A stretch of 62,300 nucleotides of DNA, counting the filler, from Choristocarpus tenellus KU-1152 (Eukaryota > Protista > Phaeophyceae), in assembly GCA_964200185.2 (NCBI GenBank). It is 4 parts of 4 records of this genome, joined end to end, with 100 filler letters (N's around TTAATTAATTAA, not from the genome) between each part and the next. Parts side by side here need not be neighbours in the genome. Positions count along the whole stretch, not along the records: positions 46,757 to 62,300 come from CAXNAD020000977.1; 3 more parts are not named here. The stretch is one strand, 5' to 3'. A program made the translations under genes and the position numbers. The notes under the pieces were generated by a model. That model saw only the letters and a list, made by a program, of their open reading frames with translations, was not told where the DNA came from and ran no database searches. Positions 52,101 to 62,300 of this stretch are shown one piece after another (positions within the stretch are counted from its first letter, which is position 1; each line of letters opens with the position of its first letter).

Positions 52101-53783
52101 GTGAAACTGTCAACAGGGGTGTTTATTGGGAAGTCTAGGACAAAGGCCCCCATCATTTGAGCTGCTTGCTCTTCCCATTGTCACCCGTCAGTCCCAATTC
52201 TTCGACCCAGAAACTATCCGGGGTCAGGACTTAAACACCCCAACGAAGAACAGTGTGGTGGTGTGATGCTGGAGGTGAGAGGGCAAAAGACTTGGGTGCC
52301 TCAGTGGACGGCGGCAACCATCACGGAGGACTTCGGAATTTCCCGAATCTCCATGTTCCGTTATCTGAAGGAGTATGACAAACAGATTACATAGGGTGAA
52401 TGCATGGACCTCATACGATGCCAAAAGAGGCAATGTAGCCACTGTACAAGCACCCTCAACATTTGGGACGTCCTATTGGTACACCTCACACCCTTCCACA
52501 AATGGGTGGCCAGAGCTGGGGTCTCCCTTGCCTCGTTGTGGGATCTGTGCAAGTGTAAGAAGGTGAATAAGGTCAAGCGGTGGATTAAGCCAGTCCTCCT
52601 AGACCAGAAGAAAGTCAACAGGGTGGGTTCCGTCATCAGCCACTCACGCAGGAGGGGGTGAAGTGGGGTACTAGTGGATGATCTATGTAACTAATTGCAT
52701 GTGGACAACAACTGGTTTTACATCCTCAAAAGATGGGCAAGGTGTGTACCTGAACGCCACTGAGGACTCCCCCAAACCACCACGGGCACAGAATAAGCAT
52801 TATATTATGAAGGTGATGTTCGTTGCAGCTGTGGCCTGCCCAGGAAGCTCTCCAATGGAGTGTGTTATCATGGGCAAATCGGGATCTGGCTAATCATGGA
52901 CACTAAGGTTGCTGAGTTATCCAGCAAACACCACCTCAAGGGTGCCAAGGTGCTTGTGCCAGGTACAGTGGATGGGGAATGGTGTAAGAAGCTCATGATT
53001 GAGGATGCCATCACAGCAATCAAGGCCTTCATGCCTAGAGGCTGGAAGGATACACCATCTTTGTGGAGGAGGACGGTGCAAAGTCACTCACCAAGGGGTG
53101 GATCATGGAGGCAATGGAGGAGGCAGCGGGGGACAACATTGTCATAGAGACTCAGTCAGCCAACTCACCTAACCTCAACATCAACAACCTGAGATTCTTT
53201 CCTTCCATCCAGCAACTGAAGGAAGATGTGGCGGTGACCAACTCAGAGGAGCTGGTGGAGGCCACAATTGAGGCGTTCAGTATGTACCCGTGGGAGACAC
53301 TAGAGTGCATCTGGCAGAGCCTCTTCACAGTCCACGGTGAAGTGCTGGATTCCAAGGGTGACACCACCTTCAAAATTCCCCATCTTTGCAAGGAAAAGGC
53401 TGAGAAGGTGGGCAAGCTCCTCCCAAATGCCCCCCCCAGTGGATGCAGCGAAATTCCATGCTGGAATGGAATTTTGGAGGACTTTGGGGGCGGAATCATA
53501 GATGGGGGCAAATCATTGATAGGTGTAGGCTGCCCTACTTAACTTGAGATTTTGATGGGCAACCTTTAAGTGTCTGCACAATGCACCCATAAAATATGAA
53601 CATGCGAAAAAAAAAAAAAAAAAAAAATATTTAAAAAAAAACAAAAATAAAAAAAAAATTTAAAAATAAACAGGCGTCATTTATAAAATTTAAGAAAAAA
53701 AAAAAAANNNNNNNNNNGGTGTAGGACCCCATACTAAACTAGAGTTTTTGAGGAAAAACATTAAAGTGTCTAAACAAGCCAAC

Positions 53784-53823
<40 letters not shown>

Positions 53824-56800
53824 TCTTTACGGGGCTGCAAAAGTTAAGATTACATTTAATTCCAAGCAGGGGAAATAGAAAATAGTTCAGTTTAAAAAAA
53901 ATTGTCACTCATACATGCCTCATCATATTGGACGTTCTTCATGATTTCGAATGAAGAAAATCCCAAAATGATTTGAAAGAGTACTATCAATTTTGCACAA
54001 ACTATAGTATAACTTGACCTTCATCATGTACAGGTACACACTCTTCAATGTTGGACCCTAGTACCATACTCCCTCTGTCCCATAAGTCTGTTCCTTTATG
54101 TGTCTACCTCTTCAGGATGACCTCCGATTTCAAAACGGATTTTTGCGTTGGATCCCTCAGAAAATTTTACGTAAGATGAGTAATATTGAAATATTTATCC
54201 CGAAATTCGTCTGAAAATATGGAACAGAGGTTAGGCGGGCATAGACCCACAAAAAGGCACTGAACTGGTGGATCAAAGGCGTTGCGTGAAAGCAAGGAAA
54301 GGTATGCTAATGAAAAAAACGTCAAGGAACCTAATGCAAATATCCGTTTTGATATCGGAGGTCACTCTGAAGAGTTCAAGGCCCTTGAAAAAACAACCCA
54401 CCCCCACCCATGCCCTCCTGGGCTAAATTCCTCTAGTCACCTTGGCCATGAGGATGAAATTACCATGGTGGTGCAGTATTGTGCTAGTAGTACAATACTT
54501 CCTGATGAAATTATCCTGAGTACTTCCTTGGATTGGACACGAGAGACCCAGTCAGGGAAGTCATTCATGTTCTAGCTCACTCATCTGTGCAGTGCAATTG
54601 GAACAAAATAAAAGCGCCAACACTACATTTACTTCATTGGACCAAAATATAGCTTGCTAAAGTCATTTACTACCAGACAGAAACTGAAGATAAATGTTCA
54701 GGCCTCCCTACCAGCATATATTAATTGTTCACCTCAGATCTTCGAGCAGGCCCTGAACTATGGCCCTCTTCCCCCCTGTTGCTGTTGTTGGACACAGCCT
54801 TTGAAGCGAAGTGTGCACGCTTATCACCTTCCCTCGCTAGCAAATCCGACGTCAGTTTCTCCAACCGGGGCCCAAGAAGGATCACCATACCCACTACCTA
54901 CAATGATAAGACACATGGTAGGGGGAGGGGGGGAGTGACACCATCATACAGTTGTGTAGAAATGAAATGGTGTGAATATATGCGGAATCAAGAGTTAGTG
55001 ATGGGCGGTCATTCTAATTCTGGTCATTCTAATTATTTTCCTCCGTGAAGTAGGAATAGTCAACGAAAATGACCTAATAGTTACCTCCCAACAAAGGTGT
55101 AACTTACGGACTATTAGTTGCAGAAGTAAATCGATTATGTTTGCAAGAATTCAGTCCATTTTTGTTCGTTTTTCTTTTTTTTCTCAACTTCTCCCCAAAA
55201 ATTATCTATCTCCCTGCGCATGCATATACATATAAAGAGAGTAACACATGTACAGTAGTACAAAGCACTTATTTTCTTCTTTTCCTAACCGCACTGAGTC
55301 AAAAAACCTCATGTTCAAAGGTTAGCATTACAAATGGTCTCGAAGCAATCCAGATTACTTGCAACTACAGAAGTGAAGACTGCTTTACCCTGGCCTCTAA
55401 ATTGTCTACTCTTGAAAACAAATCGACGTAGTGAGATATGCGCAATCGCCACACAATCTCCGTGACTCCCCCCTCAATCGTTGAGACCCTGCACAACATT
55501 GCACTTTCGCAACATAGTGCCAATGGTTGAATATTATGGACATAGGTTATGAATGCTTAGAACTTCAGCGTTACAAACACACATGTTACGCATGTTTTGA
55601 ACTGGGGTATTTTACCTGAAGCAAGATGTGTTAATTTTTTGTGTGCGTTTTGGATTATAGCGTTACAATTCATGAATTTTTTGTTTTTGTCTCCACTCTT
55701 ATAGGCACAAAACAGTGTTGCCTATTCAATGTAACACACTTTGTGTCACAACACAAGCATACATACACTTCAAAATATTATAGCAAAATAAATTGAACAC
55801 GACATAATTTTTGTCTTGCTGCAACAATAATAAACAAGATTTCCTTCCACTACACATATTTGACCATATACTTCATACAGATACCCACTGACCTTGTGAC
55901 AGACATTAGAGACACTAGAGGCACCTCTGGGGCATGTGTTGTGGCCTTTTGGAGAGGTTACGGACCAGGAAAAAATTCTCTATGCTTGCTTGTGCATGTT
56001 GCACAGGCTGTGTGTGCCTGCCCTGAGCTAAGGCACAACTTGTGCATGACCGGAAAAATGGCTTCTCACAAGAGGTTTCAATGTACCCAGGTAACGCTTA
56101 GAAGGTAGTCCTTTACAAGGGGGAATAGGGAATATAACGTATTGAAAAAGGAGTGCTGGCGCTCTCTTGCAGGGAGACCAAACAGGTGGTGCTTGATCGC
56201 CTTAGAGGTGTTGAGAAGTATGGGGCTGTGCAGGGACAGTGAATCAATAACCCCTCTGAAGATACCACCATTGTTTACTTGGAAGTAATTCAGGTTGACT
56301 CTTACAACGAAAGGACGGGCTTGGAAGACCAAAATACACATCTATGGATGCAAATCGGGCTGACTTGCTTCACCTAGTGGATCAATGAGTGAGCTCAATT
56401 GGGTGAGGGGAACCATTCCACTGTGACAGTGGTGCAAAAATGAAACAATTTCGTAGTACTGCATACCAGGGTTTATTCAATAATTTTGTAACAATAGTGG
56501 ACCTATTGATCTTCGCCGTTTAAAAGCAAACATTTGTGAACCTTTTCCTTTTTCTCCCTCACTTGCTCCCCCCCCCCATAAACAGTCAGCTCAATCTTGG
56601 CTTGACAAATGTGGAGCAGTCTCAGACAGCCAATCACATGAGAGGAAGACACAAGGAGAAACTGAGCAAGGTACATCAATACCATAATGCAATCACAATA
56701 CGCACAGCTGAGGTAGCAGCACCAGTGTTCCAAAAGGTGACATTTTAATATCTAAAAGGCGCGCACGGAGACGTAGCTATCACTAGATTCAAAGTGGTGG

Positions 56801-59800
56801 ATACCTGTAGCTATTGCCATACCACCAACATTCCCTTCTACCTCCCTGTGTTGTCATACTGCTATCCTTTTTCTTCTGTCTCAGTAGATACTTCAAGAGA
56901 TACAAAAAGAAAATAAGCACATTGTTTGTTCTCTAAAATATCAATTAAAATCGTTCAATCAAATTATTCAAAGAGATCTTGCAGGTCGCCACCATTCACT
57001 CTATGTCACAAAAAAAAAACTGAAACAGATACCTACACATATTTTGGGGGTCCCCACACTCAACTACCAAAATATTTACACAACAATAGCAGAAAAGGCT
57101 CAAAGTATCTGGGGAAAGGGGGTGGTGACTGTCCATTTTAGGCCCATTTTTCCATGTCGCGATTTTTTGGTGATTTTGGTTACATTCGTAAGATGGTTAA
57201 TGTAAGTTCACTTCTCCTGGTCAGGGACCGAATGGACATCCTGGTGTAGAACTCCCCCCCAGATACTCTGAGCCAAATCAAAATGATGATCCAACTCACC
57301 CCCAAGAGGAAGTCCTCATTTGATTTAAAAGGCTACACTCTGCTCTGAGATGAAGCTATGACACAACACTGTCAAAGCCTTGTTTCAACTGTGTGTGTGC
57401 TTACATAACACATGCTACACCATCATAACACTCTGGACAGTGTTCTCAAAGTGTTAACCCGTAACAATTAGTTGAAGTACAGAATGATATTACACAAAAC
57501 TTTAGACAAGTGTGAGCTCAAGATGTTTACAATGTTGAAGCACAGCAAAGCGGCGTTCTACTGGAACTCATTTTTTTTAGAGAGTGTTTAATAGTGTTAC
57601 GCAAAAACATGTCTACATGTTGTGGAGGACATAAAGCATGTTCCACTAAGATGGCAACAATGTTTTGCGTGTTTTCAGCTGCAGAGCTACAGGACGTAAC
57701 ATATGCTGTATATTTATTGGGATCAAGAGTTCCGAGATATGACACACCTCACATATATATTGACCTGATTTGTTACCACACCCAACGAATCACATACTCT
57801 CAATACACAACAGAAAATGTTTCCATCCAAGCATTTGAGTGTTAGGGCACAACAGAGTGTTGAGTGCTGAAATTATCCGAGGTATGCAAAATCTTTGCAA
57901 GATTGTGTACTGTACAACTGAAAAATTGAGTCATATATGCTTTACAAATCTAGTGACATTCACAGTCCACACCATATATCTTATTCTAACTTACATCCAC
58001 TGAAAAAGAAACAATCTTCACCCCAACGACCATTCACGGTGAAGCACAGAGGGGGTACAAGTTGCATCAGGGAGTGAGAAAGGAAGGATTGGTAGGGGGG
58101 AGGGAGAAGCCCAGTTCCATTTACGACAGCACAGACACAATCCACATAATTTACTTTTTTTTTCACCTGCATTCCATGCATTCTCTCTCTCACTGTTAAG
58201 CCAGGGAGATCTTCCAACACCAAAGGATCAATCACCACAGCTTCCCAGCTGCATTTGCCTCCAGAAGCTAAAGGGGGCACCTTTTGTCAATGTGAAGACA
58301 AGAAAGGAGTAGAATGAAGAGCAGCAGCGAACAAAAGAGCGATTAATCTCAGAGCCCCCTCCTCTCCCCCCCATGTATATCACTTTCTCTCCAACATACC
58401 CTTACCTGCACAAGCACCTCATTCCGTGACTCCATGCGACAAAAGGCCCACCCTTCTCCCCTTGACATCCTACCGCTGGTCAGCCAGTCAACTATCACAA
58501 TGCTAGATCCTACCTCCAGGTGGAAGCACTGTTGCTGTTTCACATTTCCACAGTGATGGCATAGGTGGGGGGAGGGTGGAGAGGGCAATGGGGAACATTC
58601 ACAAAGTTCAAACCTATGGTATTGACAGGTGAGCCCTACCATCATAAAATGGCTCAAAGGAAAAGGGGGTATACTGTAGGCCAGGATATGTGCTGTGCAG
58701 CAGGGACCTGGGCTCCAGAATAACAGAACTCCACACAGACAGGGTGGTTCGGAGAAGGAGAGAAGTGGGAACAACAAAACAGATAGTGGCTGCATTTTGG
58801 GCTTTGGTGGCTCTGCACATACTGTAGGAACTGCACCAGAGAAATAGGAAGCATCGTACAGGGATCTATCATTGAGTGTGTGTGCTATAGAGGAACACTA
58901 CAAACTACAGGTACTCTTCTCCAGGTGATGGACCGAAACCTAGACAAGGAGTTAGCTTGAGGCATGTAGCAAGTTATATTTTGCCAGCATCGTCCAGCTT
59001 GTAAGAAATCAAATGTTATCAACAGGGAGGAATCACAGAGCTGAAAAGTAACCTAGGCCCTCAATGGTGTATGCTCAAGCAGAGGCATTTGAAGCAATTA
59101 AATAACGATCCAATGTGGTACTTGGAGAAGTGTAGGATTCCTCACAGAAAGCCTATTCTCAATACCTCTTGCCAAAGACTGTGATGTATGGGTAAGTACC
59201 CTCAGAGTTACAAGGTTAACAGGTATAAACCACCACCAGATACCAACGTCATATACAAATGATGGTATGGTGGGAGGCATTATCATACTTCCTGCTCCCA
59301 TATCCAATCTGTACACGACATGAGGCAACTATTGATCAACTGGATTTCAACTTTACTCTAGGATTCACCATATGCTTCAGTGTATCAAACACGGATGTGT
59401 TCATCTGGTAAAGTGGAACATTAAACCTGGCAAAAAAAAATATTTGGAGACTTTTGTCAGATCTTTGGGACCTCCAATACCATTGTGACTCTGTAGTATT
59501 GCAGAGCACTCAAGAGCTTTCCATTGCAAGCTGCAGAGCAATGCAGAGCACCGCACTATCACATGGTATCACTACAGAGTGCTCTAACCTTCCACATGAA
59601 AATACTCTAGGTCGAAGAGCATGCATACTACATTTGAAGGCACGCTCACTCTTGTGGATTTGAGAATGTGTGCATTTAGCAAATGAACAGTGACCACTGC
59701 GATAGAACTGTCCTCTCTTTTCCCTCTCCCTCAATGAAACCCACACCAGTACAGCACACTCCATTTTTGAACTACCTGCTTGTAGTCGGCGTCCTTATAG

Positions 59801-60744
59801 CACGTGACTGGATCAGGAACCAATGCCAGCAGAGCATGGGCAGCAACCCAACACTCCAATGTTTGTGAGCAATGATCTCCCTTTGATCCTCGGCTTCGAT
59901 TATCACTGATGCCCCCACCAGCAGGCTGCCTACCAGCATGCAACTGTCCACCCCCCTGCCTTAATATCTGTTCCGTCATATTGGCACCGGGCTCTTCAGA
60001 GTCTGGACTTTCCTCGGCCAGGTCACAGGTAGTCCTCTTTGACGCACAACGGTCCGATATACAACTGGTACTAGCCAGTGCATGTCCTCGCCTCCTGTAC
60101 ACCTTTGTGGACCCTTGTGTGGTTAATACTGCCGAGCAATCCTCTCCCACCGAGCACTTCAGTGACACTTGATCGCCACTAACTATGCCCCCACCATAGC
60201 CCAGAGCGTACTGCGACATCAGGCACCAACAAGAAGGTTCCCATGTGTGGAGTGGGGGGTTTACGACAGTGACATAGGTGATGAAAAACACTGACAATAG
60301 TCGAGTGGGAGGCAGGATAAGACCTTCACGTAATACTTAGGCGGTCTTAGCCGATTGAGGGTGGATAGAACGACAGCCTTGTCTCGAACCATGGTCTTGC
60401 ATTGAATTTGTTCGTCCAAGATTAAAGTTCGATACAATAAACAAGGGATCAAAACGACAGTATCTATTAATGGCTTAGGACATTAAGAGGCCTCACCACC
60501 CAAACACAGTCTCCTTCCGTCGCTCTCGTCGCTGTTACGAATTTCGAAGGATATCTGATCGATGGGAACAAGTAACATGGAACGGAATGGACGAAAGTGA
60601 TGTGTGAACATGATCCAATAAATACGACAGGAGTCAGCAACAGAAAAAGAAATTCAATATTCCTCACCTAGAATATGCATTCGTCACCGTGGTCTTCCCC
60701 CTCACGTACTGAAAAACCAGCTCTCCTGTGTACCTGGTCTCCAT
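49110..60744 (-). CDS. ureD: Urease accessory protein UreD (~411 aa). Exons 60668-60744, 60497-60554, 59776-60210, 58406-58534, 58167-58280, 54733-54897, 49110-49367
   Basis: Spliced: METRYTGELVFQYVRGKTTVTNAYSRYPSKF...VWVYALGYGGGIVSGDQ...LTTQGSTKVY...LVPDPVTCYKDADYKQ...VDWLTSGRMSRGEGWAF..SRNEV...DPLVLE...VILLGPRL...SASPL...GAIWRFAAEQTQDAYQALYNLLGPLETELGGSRPY. All GT-AG with consistent phases; 1,236 nt. Confidence 0.92.
49725..49935. repeat. Degenerate ~76-80 bp tandem repeat (about 3 units), possibly TE subterminal
   Basis: CCATGGACTCAGTCATGTYCAAACTTGGTTGTACATGGCCACC...CCCCAGTCAYGTTGA recurs. Confidence 0.7.
50130..51975 (+). mobile_element. Probable non-autonomous pogo/Tigger-like DNA transposon carrying a Cys/His-rich ORF
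   Basis: GATATAAGAGA / TCTCTTATAT motifs clustered in both orientations at both ends (50130-50236, 51895-51972); ORF 50369-51046; no DDE core seen. Confidence 0.5.
52330..53542 (+). pseudogene. Mariner-like transposase relic (plant-type DD39D group)
   Basis: WIKPVLLDQKKVNRV, LHVDNNWFY, QNKHYIMKVMFVAAVA.P, GQIGIW, EEDGAKS, TQSANSPNLNINNLRFFPSIQ, GDTTFKIPHL; several frameshifts and stops, and the third catalytic Asp region mutated to Asn. Confidence 0.85.
53608..53820. repeat. A-rich low-complexity tract with a short N gap
   Basis: Long poly-A runs and N at 53708-53717. Confidence 0.8.
54069..54234. mobile_element. Stowaway-like MITE relic
   Basis: TA|CTCCCTCTGTCCCATAA at the left end and degenerate ATGGAACAGAGG at 54219-54230. 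Confidence 0.45.
57097..57274. mobile_element. MITE family B copy in ureD intron
   Basis: AAA|GGCTCAAAGTATCTGGGG...CCCCAGATACTCTGAGCC|AAA. Confidence 0.9.
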
Positions 60745-62263
60745 GACTCTGTTGGACAATCCCCACAAAGTTGAACAATTTGAATGCAACAGTTCAAAAT
60801 ACAACCTTTGGTATTGGTATTACACATGAAGGCCTTGACCATTGTTAGTGAGGGATTTCCAAGTTAACTTATAAATAGTATAAATAGTATAAATAGTATG
60901 AATTAATGGGAGAGAAAACACGATCATTAATTCATCAACCCAATACATAAAATAGGGTATCAGTGGGGGGCACATATTGCTACATCCTGAGAGAAGAAAG
61001 ATGGAAAAGAAAGGAAATTGAGATGTCCATCCACCCATCAGAATACCACTCATGACATGCCATCAAAGAGAACAAGGATAGAGGATATAAGCATGTTGAA
61101 CGATGAGAGAGGAAAATTCACCAGTGGTGAGTGTGCATGTGCCCTGATCTGTTTGCTGCCTGAAAATAGAGATCTGCTTCTTTCTCATGACGTACATCAG
61201 CTATCACATGTTGGTAGGAGTGCAATTATATATTACTTTGCTCGTGTTGTCAACCGCACACTCGTACCACCTCTCTGTTTTGTTAGTTGGTTGCCGTTCC
61301 TTGTGCTACATCCCTCGACCACCATCCCAAATTTCTCAAGGTGGTCTGGAAGGCACATCCACCAGTTCTTCTGTTTACCTTGCTTCCGTTTTTCCAGTTT
61401 CACGCTCCCCAAATATTAATGCCTTTGTAAGTCATTCATCGTTTCCATGAGAACAACGGACCTTGAACAGGAGTCTCCGTTTTCGCACACATGTCAATAA
61501 ACTCTCGCATCCAATCTTCATGAGGGGCATTTTGGAAGGACAATGTGTGATCCGTATGTTCCTGATTTGCCAAATCTGATGTGGTGTGGGAGGAAATTGT
61601 GGCGGTGGGATCTAAGGTGCATGTTGTGTGGACCTGACGCAGCATACATGTAACAAAACCATACAACAGAAGAAGCTCAAGTACTTCAGCCTTGAGCATT
61701 CAAATCCCATGTTAAAGTGATACACCTGTCCATAATATAAACACTTGGTTGTACTTCTGAAAGCAGCAACCCCCAGGCTTTTTAAACCTGTCAAATGACC
61801 ATGGCAGTGACATCAACTTCATGGCTCATGCTACCACCAAGCGAACCGATTTTGTCAAGAATGCTTGTGGTGCTGACCCAACACCAGTATGTCCATATTG
61901 TCTACGGCCTTACTACTGGGAGGTTGAAGGCACATAGTCCCCCTCTTCAACTCCAGCATGGTCAGTCTGAGTGACCCAGCCACCTTTGTGGGCGTTGGAC
62001 ACAATCAATGCCCACATTGTCAGTATAAAGAATATTCCCCACAAGTTGCTCAAGAGGCACCCCACTCTTTGTTGCTCCTCCTCATCTGACCTCTTTGTCA
62101 GTGCGTCTAAGGGATATGTACCTCTCTGTAGTCACCACAACTTGTTACTACTGACTTTCCTAAAGTGGTACCAGTAGCATCGCCCTCTGTGGGAATCTTG
62201 GTTGTTTTCACTGTATCGCCACAACTATTCAACAATATATATACATCAAATGAAAACTTATGA

Positions 62264-62300
62264 GGGTCGAAGTATCTGGGGGGGGGGGGTAATTTGTGAG
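62264..62300. mobile_element. Terminus of a TIR element of the same type as the end at 10368
   Basis: GGGTCGAAGTATCT(G)nTAATTTGTGAG vs GGGTCAAAGTATCT(G)nTGGTTTGTGAG (reverse complement of 10332-10368). Confidence 0.7.

Noticed and set aside
55430-57860. AACAC/GTGTT-rich stretches in ureD introns as a TE
   Set aside because: Could not define TIRs, a TSD or a repeat unit by eye.
61436-62200. Possible minus-strand terminal exons of a gene upstream of ureD
   Set aside because: Short frames with no recognisable domain and no consistent splice model.
1-62300. tRNA, rRNA, or an RNA-guided nuclease (Fanzor/TnpB)
   Set aside because: No cloverleaf, rRNA signature or RuvC plus zinc-finger motifs recognised; tRNAscan-SE, Infernal and HMM searches would be needed to exclude them formally.

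Overview
Intron-rich eukaryotic DNA, most likely a stramenopile such as a brown alga (inferred from gene structure and TE types). Three 100-bp spacers (N44-TTAATTAATTAA-N44 at 6854-6953, 21548-21647, 46657-46756) divide it into four segments that may not be truly adjacent. Segment 1: an ankyrin-repeat gene head-to-head with a divergent Rab32/38/Rab7L1-type GTPase, plus an unassigned exon. Segment 2: a transposon graveyard with a hairpin tandem array, unknown coding relics, a CRE-type LINE relic, a Ty3/gypsy chromovirus relic and an Ngaro-like tyrosine-recombinase retrotransposon interrupted by a Ty1/copia element. Segment 3: 18 phase-consistent exons (15,445 nt, over 5,100 aa, both ends missing) of one giant minus-strand protein. 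It combines about 20-25 bacterial-type cadherin/Ig-like NDPP repeats, nested EVQ repeats, an FN2-like Cys module and ELWxxDGT repeats, and is the best candidate for an undescribed system (giant adhesin/matrix protein with bacterial-type domains). Segment 4: a 7-exon urease accessory gene ureD whose last intron holds pogo-like and mariner relics. Two related MITE families (GAG/GGC/GGG termini, 3-4 bp TSDs, possibly Sola2-like) are scattered throughout. Exon boundaries were read by hand, and family assignments rest on remembered motifs, not database searches.
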